Shown here: one piece after another, positions 16,814-26,883 of the stretch
Layout: the number at the start of each line of letters is the position of its first letter
How positions within the stretch are numbered: position 1 is the first letter of the stretch
Assembly: GCA_027068075.1 (NCBI GenBank)
Contig: JAMOUJ010000006.1
Span: forward strand, 218,706 to 282,705
DNA: 64,000 nt
Direction of reading: 5' to 3'
Source: Candidatus Aminicenantes bacterium
GTDB lineage: Bacteria > Acidobacteriota > Aminicenantia > S016-38
The notes under the pieces: model-generated
What the model was told of the DNA's origin: nothing
Seen by the model: the letters and a program-made list of their open reading frames with translations, nothing else
The model's database searches: none
Made by a program: the position numbers and the translations under genes

Positions 16814-19186
16814 ATGATGATGAAACTTAAGAGAAAAGGTATGTGGAGTTCAGCCCTTTTGTTCTCTATGGTCGCCCTTCTGGGGGCCCGGGACTCCCAC
16901 CCCGACCTGGCGGTGAAGGCCCTGAGGTACTTTACACAGCAACGGAGGGTGGAGGTGAGGATCTGCAACCAGGGGAGTTCCTCCTCCCCGGAGTTTGCGG
17001 TGAGTATTCTGGGCAATTTTACCGGGAGAGAATGGAAGGAAGTCCTTCGCCTCTCAACCATGGGCCTCAGGTCGGGGGAGTGCAGGGTTCTCATAGAAGA
17101 CCTGAAAGGCAGTGTTTTACCCCGGCGGGTGAAGGCGGTGGTGGACCCGGAAGACGCCGTGGCGGAGATGAACGAAAACAACAATTCCCTGGAAGTGGGC
17201 CTGAAGGAAGGCTCTCCCCTATACGCCCACATGGGAGGACTGGAGATCACCGTCACCGCCCCCCGCATGGAAATTCCTCTGAAGGAACTGCCCGCCGCCG
17301 CTACGGTGGTGGGCCAGGATTTTCTGGAGACCATGCCCAGAACCGTGGGAGCCGAGGAGGCCCTGGCCTTGGTTCCCGGGGTGAGGGTGGAAAATCAGGC
17401 CAACGGGGAAAGGGTTCACATTTCCATAAGGGGGCATGGGATCCTCACGGAAAGGGGCATCCGGGGGATCAAAATTCTCGTGGACGGTCTTCCCCTGAAC
17501 GATCCCACGGGGTTTGCTCCGGACCTCTACGATGTGGATTGGGCCACGGTGAAGAGGATTGAGGTTTTGAGGGGACCTTCCGCTTCCCTCTACGGGGGAG
17601 GGGCCGCCGGAGGCATAATAAACATTGAAACCATAGACGGGTACAGTGAGCCCCTGCGCTTGAGCGGTCTTTTTTCCCTGGGTTCCTACGCCTTCGGCAA
17701 GGCCCTTTTGAACGCTGGAGGGACCCTGGGGAAGGTGAATTATCGGATCTCCGCCTCCCGGGCCCAGGGCGACGGCTACAGGGAACACACCAGGTTCCAC
17801 GGCAACAACCTGTACAGCAAGTTCCGGTGGACCCCCAGGGATTCGGTCAGGCTCACCGCCATAGTGGCCTGGACGGATTTTTACAACGACAACGCCGAGG
17901 GTTTGAACCTGGAATGGCTCCGCCAGGACCGGAGAATGGCCAATCCCGACGCCATAATTTACAACGAATATCAGAGGACCGGCAGACTTACCGCCGGAGT
18001 CTCCGGTGAGGTGGACTTAGGGGAGAATCAGGGCTTTTCCTTTGCCCTTTATCACCGGGGCACAGAATACGAGGAGTCCGTTCCGTCCTCGGTGGACCAC
18101 AGGTTTTACAGGGCTCCGGGATTTATATTCCAGTACAGGATCACCTTTGATGCCGGCTCCCTGGTCAACCACCTCAGCGTGGGGACGGAGTTCCAGTGGC
18201 AGAGAATCCACGACTTCCGCCATCCCAATCTGGGAAAGGCGGTGGAGGGTCCGGAACTTCTCTCCGACCAGTGGATTTATCAGAAGAACCTGGGCCTTTA
18301 CCTCATAGACAGGGTGGAACTGGGGAAGAACTGGGGGGTGGTGTTTAACCTGAGGCACGACGAGATAGCCAACGAATTGAGGGACCAGTTGAAATCCGGA
18401 GGAATAGACCGCTCCGGCAGGGCCGATTTCAAAAAGACCACCTTTAAACTGGGGGTGGCCTGGAATCCCTGGGCCCACATGGGGTTCTACGCCAACCTGG
18501 GCACCGGTTTTCTACCCCCATCCACGGAGGAACTGGCCAACAACCCCCGGGCCATGGGAGGGTTCAACACCTCCCTCAAGCCGGCCCGTTCCGTGGGCGC
18601 GGAGGTAGGCGTCAGGGGTTATCTCAAAAATTCCCTCTTCTACGACATAACCCTGTTTCACATCCACACCGAGGACGACTTCGGCCGCTACAGAATTCCC
18701 TCCCGTCCCCTGGAGACCTTTTACAGAAATGTGGGAAGCACCAGGAGGTACGGTCTGGAAACCTTCCTGGCCTGGTATCCCATAAGCAACCTGAGCGTGA
18801 GACTTGCCTATACCCTGGCCGATTTCAAATACCTTTCCTTTAAGGTGGACGAGGAGGAGATTTCCGGAACCTTCCTTCCCAACTCCCCGAGGCATAGATT
18901 TTTCCTTGACCTTGGTTACAGGCCCCGGGAAAGATTATCTTTGGGATTGAGTCTGGAAGGCCAGAGCCGCTCATATGTGGACCAGAAAAACGATGTCTGG
19001 ATTGACGGTTATGTTCTCTTAAACGCCAGGGTTTCCTTCAGGATTTCTTCCCGGGTGGAACTCGTCCTCTACGGGAGGAACATCCTGAATCAGGAATACA
19101 TAGCCTTTACGGAGCCCGATCCCGACGGAAACTCCTTCCAGCCAGCGCCCACCCGGGAGGTATTTCTTTCCCTGAGGTTCCGCTGA
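16814..19186 (+). CDS. TonB-dependent outer-membrane receptor with an N-terminal CARDB-like extension
   Basis: Signal peptide, TonB-box-like 'EITVTAP', plug 'VLRGPSASLYGGGAAGGIINI', long beta-barrel, C-terminal '...FLSLRFR'. Residues ~30-130 resemble a CARDB fold ('VEVRICNQG...NENNNSLEV'). Confidence 0.8.
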   Translation: MMMKLKRKGMWSSALLFSMVALLGARDSHPDLAVKALRYFTQQRRVEVRICNQGSSSSPEFAVSILGNFTGREWKEVLRLSTMGLRSGECRVLIEDLKGSVLPRRVKAVVDPEDAVAEMNENNNSLEVGLKEGSPLYAHMGGLEITVTAPRMEIPLKELPAAATVVGQDFLETMPRTVGAEEALALVPGVRVENQANGERVHISIRGHGILTERGIRGIKILVDGLPLNDPTGFAPDLYDVDWATVKRIEVLRGPSASLYGGGAAGGIINIETIDGYSEPLRLSGLFSLGSYAFGKALLNAGGTLGKVNYRISASRAQGDGYREHTRFHGNNLYSKFRWTPRDSVRLTAIVAWTDFYNDNAEGLNLEWLRQDRRMANPDAIIYNEYQRTGRLTAGVSGEVDLGENQGFSFALYHRGTEYEESVPSSVDHRFYRAPGFIFQYRITFDAGSLVNHLSVGTEFQWQRIHDFRHPNLGKAVEGPELLSDQWIYQKNLGLYLIDRVELGKNWGVVFNLRHDEIANELRDQLKSGGIDRSGRADFKKTTFKLGVAWNPWAHMGFYANLGTGFLPPSTEELANNPRAMGGFNTSLKPARSVGAEVGVRGYLKNSLFYDITLFHIHTEDDFGRYRIPSRPLETFYRNVGSTRRYGLETFLAWYPISNLSVRLAYTLADFKYLSFKVDEEEISGTFLPNSPRHRFFLDLGYRPRERLSLGLSLEGQSRSYVDQKNDVWIDGYVLLNARVSFRISSRVELVLYGRNILNQEYIAFTEPDPDGNSFQPAPTREVFLSLRFR

Positions 19187-19197
19187 AGTGGCCCGCC

Positions 19198-20553
19198 TCA
19201 GGTAAAAATCTTGCCGGGATTCAGTATGTTGTTGGGATCCAGGAGGAGTTTTATTCTTCTCATGAGTTGGTAGGTTTCCTGACCCAACTGGGCTTCCAGG
19301 AAGGCCGCCTTGGTGAGTCCGATGCCGTGTTCTCCGGAAATGGCCCCACCTGCTTCTATCACCCAGCGGAAGAGTTTCACCACGGCCTCTTCTGCCCTGG
19401 GCTTTTCGCTTTCCTCCACCATGAAGTTCACATGGAGGTTGCCGTCGCCCATGTGGCCAAAGACCACCACGGTGAGCCCGTATTTTTCCCCTAAACCGTA
19501 GATGAAATCCACCGCCTGGGGAATTTTTGACCTGGGCACCACGATGTCCTCGTTTATCTTTATGGGCTTCAGCCGGGTAAGGGCCGGGGAAATGCTCCTG
19601 CGGAGTTTCCAGACTTCTTCCTCCTGCTCCTGGTTTTCCGCAATTACCACGGTCAGGGGGGAGTGTTCCTCCAGGCGATTTTTTATCCTCTCCAGTTGGT
19701 TTTTCACCGAGTTTTCGTCGCCGTCCACCTGAATTATCAGACTTGCCCCTGCCTTTATTTCCACTCCCAGATAGGAGGCCACGGCTTCCAGGCTCTTTCT
19801 ATCCACGAACTCCAGGGCCGAGGGAAGGATGCCCGAGGTCAAAAGGGAAGTGGCGGCCCGGGAAGCCTCCCCCACATCCCTGAAGTCCGCCCGGAGACTT
19901 TTCCTGACCGGGGGAAGGGGAAGCAATCTCAGCCAGGCCCTGGTGATGATCCCAAGGGTGCCTTCGCTCCCCACGAAGAGGCCCATCAGATCGTAGCCCG
20001 CCACATTTTTCTGAAGCCCTCTTCCCTGCTCTATCACTTCCCCGGAGGGAAGCACCACCCGAAGGCCCAGGACATAGTTTTTGGTGACGCCGTATTTGAG
20101 GCACCTGGGACCTCCGGCGTTTTCCGCCAGGTTTCCCCCTATGGTGGAGTTTTTCAGGGAAGCGGGGTCCGGGGGATAGAAAAGTCCCTGCCTTTCTGCC
20201 TCCCTTTGAAGTTCCTCGGTGATCACCCCCGGTTCCACCTCGGCCACCATGTTTTCCCTGTGGACCTTCATAAACCGCATGCGGGTAAGGGAAAGGACCA
20301 ATCCTCCCCGGTGGGGAACGGCCCCTCCGGAAAACCCCGTGCCGGAGCCCCTGGGAACTACGGCGAAACCGTAAAAATTGGCCAGTTTAAGGGTTTCAGC
20401 CACCTGTTTTTCTTCGGTGGGGAAGGCCACGGCGTCGGGTTTTCCCTCTATCCTGGTGGCGTCGCTGGAATGGGCCAGAAGGTGAGGAAGGTCCTCCCGG
20501 AGATTTTTCCCGTAGAGCCTCCTTAGAGCCCTTTTAGCCTGCTCCGGAATCAT
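19198..20553 (-). CDS. FAD-linked oxidase (glycolate oxidase GlcD / D-lactate dehydrogenase family)
   Basis: FAD-binding PCMH domain 'VVPRGSGTGFSGGAVP' with a C-terminal FAD-oxidase domain. 451 aa. Confidence 0.8.
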   Translation of the reverse strand: MIPEQAKRALRRLYGKNLREDLPHLLAHSSDATRIEGKPDAVAFPTEEKQVAETLKLANFYGFAVVPRGSGTGFSGGAVPHRGGLVLSLTRMRFMKVHRENMVAEVEPGVITEELQREAERQGLFYPPDPASLKNSTIGGNLAENAGGPRCLKYGVTKNYVLGLRVVLPSGEVIEQGRGLQKNVAGYDLMGLFVGSEGTLGIITRAWLRLLPLPPVRKSLRADFRDVGEASRAATSLLTSGILPSALEFVDRKSLEAVASYLGVEIKAGASLIIQVDGDENSVKNQLERIKNRLEEHSPLTVVIAENQEQEEEVWKLRRSISPALTRLKPIKINEDIVVPRSKIPQAVDFIYGLGEKYGLTVVVFGHMGDGNLHVNFMVEESEKPRAEEAVVKLFRWVIEAGGAISGEHGIGLTKAAFLEAQLGQETYQLMRRIKLLLDPNNILNPGKIFT

Positions 20554-21025
20554 GGAATTTTTTCTTCAGTTCTCTGTCCACCGCTTCCGGGACCAGGTCG
20601 GGAAGACTTCCCCCCAGGCTGTAGACCTCCTTTACCAGTTTGGAACTCAGAAAGGAGTATTCCACCCTGGGCATCATGAAAATTATCTCCACGGAGGGGT
20701 CCAGTTTGAAGTTCATCAGGGCCATCTGGAATTCGTATTCAAAATCGGATATGGCCCGAAGACCCCTTATGATGACATCGGCGCCGGTTTTCCTGGCGTA
20801 CTCCACCAGGAGCCCCCGGAAGGAGCCCACCTTTATGTTGGGTTTGCCACGGAATATTTCCCTTATCATAGCCACCCTTTCCTCCACGGAGAAAAGGGGG
20901 TTTTTGGATGGATTTTCAAGGACCGCCACCTCCACCATGTCAAAGATTCTACTGGCCCGCTCCAGAATGTCCACATGGCCGTTGGTTATGGGGTCAAAGG
21001 ACCCCGGATAGAGAGCCTTCTTCAT
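20534..21025 (-). CDS. coaD: Phosphopantetheine adenylyltransferase
   Basis: 'ALYPGSFDPITNGHVDI' H/TxGH nucleotidyltransferase motif. 163 aa. Confidence 0.9.
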   Translation of the reverse strand: MKKALYPGSFDPITNGHVDILERASRIFDMVEVAVLENPSKNPLFSVEERVAMIREIFRGKPNIKVGSFRGLLVEYARKTGADVIIRGLRAISDFEYEFQMALMNFKLDPSVEIIFMMPRVEYSFLSSKLVKEVYSLGGSLPDLVPEAVDRELKKKFHDSGAG

Positions 21026-22670
21026 CCAGTTCCTCCAGGCTAATAATGGTATAGTTATATCCCTGCTCGGTCAAGAAAATCTGCCTCTTGGCGGAGTATT
21101 CTTCGTCCACCGTTTCGGCGCTTACGATGGCGTAAAAATAGGCCTCCCCTTCCCCCTTGGGTCGGAGGATTCTCCCCAGCCTCTGGGCTTCTTCCTGGCG
21201 GGAGCCGAAGGTTCCGGAGATTTCTATGGCCACATTGGCCGAGGGGAGATTGATGGCGAAATTGGCCACCTTGGAGACCACCAGGAGGTTTATTTCCCCC
21301 CGGCGGAAGTTCTCGTAAAGTTTTTCCCTTTCCGAATTGGGGGTGGTTCCGGTGATGAGGGGAGCCTTAAGTCTGGTGGCCACCTCCCTAAGTTGGTTTA
21401 TGAACTGACCTATGATGAGAACCTTGTCCTTTCGGTGTCTTTTAAGTATTTTGAGAAGGGCCTCAATTTTTTTGGGGTTGGTGGAGGCCAGGGTGAATTT
21501 TTTCCTGCGGGAGGCCTTTAAATACTCAATTTTGAGTTCCAGGGGCATGGGAACCCTTACTTCAAAGCACCGGGCCCTGGCTATCCAGCCCATCTCCTCA
21601 AAACTTTTCCAGGGGGCATCGTATTTTTTGGGGCCTACCAGGGCGAAGATTTCCTCCTCCCTCCCGTCTTCCCTCACCAGGGTGGCGCTGAGTCCCAGGC
21701 GGCGTTTGGCCTGAATGTCTGCGGTGATTTTAAAAACAGGCGCCGGCAGAAGGTGAACTTCATCGTAGATGACCAGTCCCCAGTTTCTGCTGGAAAACAG
21801 GTCCAGGTGGGAGAAGTTCCCTTCCCTTTTTCTGCGGTGGACCAGGATGTTGTAAGTGGCTATGGTTATGGGGCGGATTTCTTTTCTTTCTCCGCTGTAT
21901 TCCCCGATGTCCTCCCGGGGGATGTTGGTCCAGCGGAGGAGTTCCTCCTTCCACTGGCGGGCGGCCACGGTGGAGGTCACCACCACCAGGGTCTGAGTCT
22001 GGAGTTTTTCCATGACTCCTATGCCCACCACCGTTTTTCCTGCGCCGCACGGAAGCACCACTATACCGCTTCCCCCCCTTTCGCTTCCGCCTGAATGGAA
22101 GGCCTCCACCGCCTCTACCTGATAGGGGCGCAGTTTCAGGGTTTCCTTCAGGGTGAAGTGATAGGGTTCCCCGGGGGAGTACCCCGCCCAGTCCTCCACG
22201 GGATACCCCATCTTTACCAGAAAGAGTTTCAGGTGACCCCGGGCGTATTTTTTTATAACGAGGTCCGCTTCGCTTACCACATCCTCCACGAACTGGCGGG
22301 CCCTGCGGTCCGAAAATATGAGGAAGGAGATGGAGGGATCCTCTAATACCAGGTGGAGTTTTCCCTCCTTCATTATGAGCCTGGCCTTGCCGTATCTTTC
22401 CATGTAGGTTTGAATTTTCTTCACTATGGCAGCGGGAACCTCGTAGAGGGAATTTTCCCTGAGAAAATCCAGGATGGATTGGGGGGAGATCCCCATGGCT
22501 GCGGCGTTCCAGAGGGATATGGGGGTTATTCGGTAGGTGTGAACATATTCCGGAGATTTCACCAGTTCGGCGAAGAGGGATAATTCCGCCCTTACCTCCC
22601 TGAAGCCAGGGGCATCCACGAAAAGCAGGACCGTTCCGTCAGTCTGAATTATGAGAGGTTTTTCCCTCAA
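20994..22670 (-). CDS. XPB/ERCC3/Ssl2-like superfamily-2 DNA repair helicase
   Basis: N-terminal damage-recognition-like region 'LIIQTDGTVLLFVDAPGF...YVHTYRITPISLWNAAAMG' is close to mycobacterial XPB. Helicase motifs are 'LPCGAGKT' (I) and 'DEVHLLPA' (II). Confidence 0.75.
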   Translation of the reverse strand: MREKPLIIQTDGTVLLFVDAPGFREVRAELSLFAELVKSPEYVHTYRITPISLWNAAAMGISPQSILDFLRENSLYEVPAAIVKKIQTYMERYGKARLIMKEGKLHLVLEDPSISFLIFSDRRARQFVEDVVSEADLVIKKYARGHLKLFLVKMGYPVEDWAGYSPGEPYHFTLKETLKLRPYQVEAVEAFHSGGSERGGSGIVVLPCGAGKTVVGIGVMEKLQTQTLVVVTSTVAARQWKEELLRWTNIPREDIGEYSGERKEIRPITIATYNILVHRRKREGNFSHLDLFSSRNWGLVIYDEVHLLPAPVFKITADIQAKRRLGLSATLVREDGREEEIFALVGPKKYDAPWKSFEEMGWIARARCFEVRVPMPLELKIEYLKASRRKKFTLASTNPKKIEALLKILKRHRKDKVLIIGQFINQLREVATRLKAPLITGTTPNSEREKLYENFRRGEINLLVVSKVANFAINLPSANVAIEISGTFGSRQEEAQRLGRILRPKGEGEAYFYAIVSAETVDEEYSAKRQIFLTEQGYNYTIISLEELDEEGSLSGVL

Positions 22671-23466
22671 GTTTTCTCCTTAAAAGCAATGCAAGATTTG
22701 AAAACAACATCAAAGGAGTGAAGGTTCCAACTCCCCCGGGAACCGGGGTCAGGAGGGCCTTTTCCTTCACCTGAGGGTCCACATCTCCTGTTATTTTGCC
22801 GTCCACCACATTTATCCCCACATCCACTACCACGGCTCCTTCCTTTACCATGGACGGTTTTATCAGATGTGGTCTTCCTGCGGCTACCACCAGGAGGTCG
22901 GCCTGGGATGTAAGCCTTTCCAGGGGTTTTGTCCTGGAATGGGCAGTGGCCACCGTGGCGTTTTCGGCCAGGAGCAGGAAAATCAGGGGTTTCCCCACGA
23001 TGATACTTCTGCCCACGATGACCGCCATTTTACCTTCCAGGGGAAAGTTCAGGACCTTTAGTATTTCCATGACCGCCAGGGGGGTGGCGGGCCTGGGACC
23101 ATCCTCCCCCCTCACCAGCCTTCCCAGGTTAAGGGGAGTTATGCCCTCCACATCCTTTTCCGGGGATATGAGGGAAGAATACTCCAGGAAGTTCTCCCGG
23201 CGGCAGTGGATGATAATCCCATCTATTCCCGGATCCCGGTTTAGTCTTCGGAGGTCTTCCCGGTTTCCCTCCATCAGTTTTACCCTGACGCCCAGGGATT
23301 CTCCCTTTTTCTTTATACTGTTCCTGTAAACCTCGGAGGAGGGATCCGCCTCCAGGGCCAGGGAGACCAGGACCGCTTCCCTTCCCAACCTGTTCCCCAG
23401 TTGGGAAAACTCCTCCCTGAGCCCCTCCTTTAATTCGTTCCTTCTTTTCTTTATGAGCGCTTTCAT
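22639..23466 (-). CDS. folD: Bifunctional methylene-THF dehydrogenase / methenyl-THF cyclohydrolase
   Basis: 'PGIDGIIIH', 'VIVGRSIIVGKPL', 'ATVATAHSRT'. Start chosen at 'MKALIKK' (internal Met of ORF 22639..23511); start uncertain. Confidence 0.75.
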   Translation of the reverse strand: MKALIKKRRNELKEGLREEFSQLGNRLGREAVLVSLALEADPSSEVYRNSIKKKGESLGVRVKLMEGNREDLRRLNRDPGIDGIIIHCRRENFLEYSSLISPEKDVEGITPLNLGRLVRGEDGPRPATPLAVMEILKVLNFPLEGKMAVIVGRSIIVGKPLIFLLLAENATVATAHSRTKPLERLTSQADLLVVAAGRPHLIKPSMVKEGAVVVDVGINVVDGKITGDVDPQVKEKALLTPVPGGVGTFTPLMLFSNLALLLRRKLEGKTSHNSD

Positions 23467-23543
23467 CAGGATATTATACCAGCGGAGAGGTTTCCGCCTG
23501 AAGATGACCACCGGCGAGCGAATTTGATATCATTTGCCAGGAG

Positions 23544-24617
23544 GTGAAAATGGGTCAACTTATTCTTGCGATAAACCCCGGTTCTACTTCAACAAAAATA
23601 GCGGTTTTTGACGGCCACAGGGAAATTTATAAAAAGACTATAACCCATTCTGCGGAGGAACTCGCCGGGTTTCATAGCGTTTACGAACAGAAGGATTACA
23701 GAACAGCCCTGGTGAGGAAGGCCCTGCAGGAGGCCGGCATATCCCCCTCAGACCTGGCGGCGGTGGTGGCCAGGGGAGGGCTTCTTAAGCCCCTGGAAAG
23801 CGGCACCTATGTGGTAAACGAGGCCATGCTTCGGGACCTGGAGAGGGCAGAGAGGGGGGAACACGCCTCCAACCTGGGGGCTGTTATAGCCTACGAGATA
23901 GCCAGGGAGGCAGGGGTTTCCGCCTACATAGTGGATCCGGTGAGCGTGGACGAACTGCCCAGAATTGCCAAAATTACCGGGATGGCCGAGATAGAAAAGC
24001 CCGTCCTTTCCCACGCTCTTAACACCAAGGCGGTGGCCAAGAGATATGCCAGGGAAAGGGGGGTTCCCTACGATAACCTTCGCCTGGTGGTCATCCACAT
24101 GGGCTCCGGCAATTCCGTTTCCGCCCACAGGGGCGGGAGGATGATAGATGTTACCAACTCCATGGAGGAGGGTTCCTTTGGAATGGACAGGGCCGGAGGA
24201 GTTCCCTGCGTTCAACTCCTGAGACTGGCCTACAGCGGAAAATACGATTTTAGAACCCTCAGAAAAAAACTCTTCGGAGAAGGAGGGGTTTACTCCTACC
24301 TGGGGACCAAGGATTTCAGGGAGGTGGAAAGAAGAATGGGAGAAGGGGATGAAAGGGCCCGGGAGGTGTCGGAGGCCATGGTTTACCAGATAGCCAAGGA
24401 TGCGGGAAGCATGGCGGCGGTGCTGGAGGGTAAGGTGGACGCCGTGCTGGTGACGGGGGGCCTGGCCAAGAGCGGGTGGGTACTTGAGAAACTCCTTCCC
24501 CGGATAGAATTTATAGCCCCGGTGAAGGTTTACCCCGGGGAGGATGAACTCCGGGCCCTGGTGGAGGGGGTTCTCAGGGTGCTTTCCGGAGAAGAGGAAG
24601 CGAAGATTTATTCCTGA
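23544..24617 (+). CDS. buk: Butyrate kinase (ASKHA family)
   Basis: 'ILAINPGSTSTKIAVF' N-terminal signature. 357 aa with family-typical length and C-terminal 'VLVTGGLAKS'. Confidence 0.8.
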   Translation: MKMGQLILAINPGSTSTKIAVFDGHREIYKKTITHSAEELAGFHSVYEQKDYRTALVRKALQEAGISPSDLAAVVARGGLLKPLESGTYVVNEAMLRDLERAERGEHASNLGAVIAYEIAREAGVSAYIVDPVSVDELPRIAKITGMAEIEKPVLSHALNTKAVAKRYARERGVPYDNLRLVVIHMGSGNSVSAHRGGRMIDVTNSMEEGSFGMDRAGGVPCVQLLRLAYSGKYDFRTLRKKLFGEGGVYSYLGTKDFREVERRMGEGDERAREVSEAMVYQIAKDAGSMAAVLEGKVDAVLVTGGLAKSGWVLEKLLPRIEFIAPVKVYPGEDELRALVEGVLRVLSGEEEAKIYS

Positions 24618-25846
24618 GAGCCGGCGGGCCTGAGGAAGAGGAGGAAGGTTTTGTATAGGATGTGTAAATCCATGTAAAAATTCCTGTGCTTTATGTAATA
24701 GAGGTCGTATTCAAGTTTTCTCAGGTGTTGATGGAAATCGTCGCCGGCGTATCCGAAATGAATCTGGGCCCAGCCTGTAACCCCGGGCCTTATTCGGGTT
24801 CTTAAGGGATAAAGGGGAAGTTGCCTTTCCAGTTCCTGGCTGATCATGGGTCTTTCCGGTCTGGGACCTACCAGGGACATGTCCCCCTTCAGGACATTCA
24901 ACAATTGAGGGACTTCGTCCAGGTGCAATTTTCGGATAACCCTGCCTATGCGGGTTATTCTGGGGTCGTTCTTTTTAGCAAAAACCGGCTTCCCTTCGGG
25001 TTCGGCGTTGGGGATCATGGTGCGGAATTTTATTAATTTGAAGGGTCTGCCGTCCTTTCCGAGCCTTTCCTGGAGGTAAAACATGGGCCCCGGGCTTTCC
25101 AGTTGATGAAGAAGGGCCATAAGTAGGGCCGGTGGGAGGAGCAGAAGAAGAGCCAGCAGAGAGATGGGTATTTCCAGGAGCCTCTTGACCCCTTCGTAGG
25201 AAAGTTTTTCCGAAGCAAGGACTTCCTCCGCCACCCTGTTTTCCGGTTTAAGTTCCAGGGGGACCAGTTTACCCAGGGTCTCCACGAATTCCTCCACGGA
25301 GAGGACGAGAACCCCATCCTTCCTTAAAATTTCCCGGAAGGTTTCCTTGTCCAACCTCCCGTTCACCACCATTATGTCCGAATCGTTGAGTTCCTTCACC
25401 GGCTTTGAGATTAGCATGTATTTTTTCTTAATCTCCTCAAAGGGAATTTTGGCTCTCCAGTGGACCCTGGGGAGTTTTTCCGGATTTTTGAAGAAAATGT
25501 AGGCGGAGATCAGAAGGAAGAAGGTTGCGTAGGTGAGCCTTCCCAGACCGTGGGAAAAGAAAAGGAAGGACTCTACTATGTAGGCCACCACCAGGGATAA
25601 TGTCACCTTTCCCATTCTGGAAAAAAAGGAGAATTCCCTCTCCAGGAGGTGAACCGGAGAGTTGAAGGTAAACCCCTTCAGGGCCTCGCACATGACGAAG
25701 AATACTGCCGAGAGCACCAGAAGGTTGGGATAATATTCTATCAGTAAGGTTTTCCACTTGGACAGGGAACCGGCGTAGGGGAGCAGGGAAAATCCTGAGA
25801 TGAGAAGAATGAAAAAAAGGTCTTTAAAGTAGTTCTTAATCTTCAT
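24608..25846 (-). CDS. Polyprenyl-phosphate glycosyl-phosphotransferase (WbaP/WcaJ-type EPS priming transferase)
   Basis: C-terminal bacterial sugar-transferase domain 'FKLIKFRTM...LDEVPQLLNVLKGDMSLVGPRPE' with N-terminal TM segments. Confidence 0.8.
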   Translation of the reverse strand: MKIKNYFKDLFFILLISGFSLLPYAGSLSKWKTLLIEYYPNLLVLSAVFFVMCEALKGFTFNSPVHLLEREFSFFSRMGKVTLSLVVAYIVESFLFFSHGLGRLTYATFFLLISAYIFFKNPEKLPRVHWRAKIPFEEIKKKYMLISKPVKELNDSDIMVVNGRLDKETFREILRKDGVLVLSVEEFVETLGKLVPLELKPENRVAEEVLASEKLSYEGVKRLLEIPISLLALLLLLPPALLMALLHQLESPGPMFYLQERLGKDGRPFKLIKFRTMIPNAEPEGKPVFAKKNDPRITRIGRVIRKLHLDEVPQLLNVLKGDMSLVGPRPERPMISQELERQLPLYPLRTRIRPGVTGWAQIHFGYAGDDFHQHLRKLEYDLYYIKHRNFYMDLHILYKTFLLFLRPAGSQE

Positions 25847-26846
25847 CCTTCAGGGCGTTCCACGCCAGGGCCAGGGCCAGAAAGAGGAAGAAGGAAAGGA
25901 AAAAGGAATATAGCACACCCTTGAAGTCAGGTTTTTTCTGGACTGCTGGGAGGGTTACGGAAAAGACCTTGGGGAGGAGACAGTCCCTGCCCAGTTCTCC
26001 CATGAGCCTGGGAAGCAGGGGTGCCGGCATGAGGGATTGGGCCTTTTTTTCGGCTTCTCGGCAGGAATTTACTTCCGGAAGATCCCTGTAGAATTTTGAA
26101 TAAGCGGAGAAATACTCCACTTCCTTCTGGAGGGTGGAAAGGTCCGTTTTCAATTCCTGAAGGATTATGGAATAGGCCCGGGCCTGGGTCCTGGGCGATA
26201 AATAAGGAAGAAAATAGGGCTCCACCGAGGTGGCCAGGTTGGGGACTTCTCCGTTGCCGTATTTTCTTCCCAGATTCTCCATGAAGGAGGTGGTTTTACG
26301 AAGTTCCTGGATTTTCTTCTCTATCCTGGTGCGGAGGTAAAGGAGGTTCTGAATGTGAACCCGGGAAAGGTACGATTTTATCTTCAACAGGGAGAAAAGT
26401 TGACGGGAAAGTTTGCCCACCAGGGAGTTAAGGAATTTTTCCCTATTCCCTTCAGCACCGTAGATCCTTAGGGTTTTCAAGTAGAGGGTGGGGGATACCA
26501 CCCGCCCGGGAAGGTATTTGTAATTGCCCGGCAGGGCGTATTCGGCGGTGACTTTGATCCCCGGATTTATGCTGGTTATTACACTGGTGATGTTTTCCTT
26601 TCTCAGAAGGGAGTTTTCCTCCAGGGTGTAGGAGCCCGAGTCCTTTCTGGCGGGATAATAGCGGGCAAAATAAAGGAAGGGTATGTTGTAGGAGATTTCC
26701 CTTCCTTCCCGCAATTCCGGAGGCACCTCTATGTAAATTCCAGCAGAGGTCTTTTCCCTCCTGTAAAAGGTCCATGCGGCAGAAAAAAAGCCCACTACCA
26801 GGGCGCCCAGCAGGGGGTAGGCCAGCAATAGAAGTCTTTTCCTCAC
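25836..26846 (-). CDS. Membrane protein with polysaccharide co-polymerase (Wzz/PCP)-like topology
   Basis: N-terminal TM 'LLLLAYPLLGALVVGFF', a long coiled-coil-rich periplasmic region, and C-terminal TM 'VLYSFFLSFFLFLALALAW'. It lies between two EPS priming transferases. No sequence signature recognised. Confidence 0.4.
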   Translation of the reverse strand: MRKRLLLLAYPLLGALVVGFFSAAWTFYRREKTSAGIYIEVPPELREGREISYNIPFLYFARYYPARKDSGSYTLEENSLLRKENITSVITSINPGIKVTAEYALPGNYKYLPGRVVSPTLYLKTLRIYGAEGNREKFLNSLVGKLSRQLFSLLKIKSYLSRVHIQNLLYLRTRIEKKIQELRKTTSFMENLGRKYGNGEVPNLATSVEPYFLPYLSPRTQARAYSIILQELKTDLSTLQKEVEYFSAYSKFYRDLPEVNSCREAEKKAQSLMPAPLLPRLMGELGRDCLLPKVFSVTLPAVQKKPDFKGVLYSFFLSFFLFLALALAWNALKDED

Positions 26847-26883
26847 GGAATTATTTTAACTCCATTGCTGGAGTTGTTACAAG

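Noticed and set aside
19150-19200. Possible terminator hairpin between the convergent TBDR and glcD-like genes (CCTGAGG...CCTCAGG)
   Set aside because: The stem is only 7 bp with an ~18-nt loop and a weak T-tract. It is not convincing without folding energy calculation.
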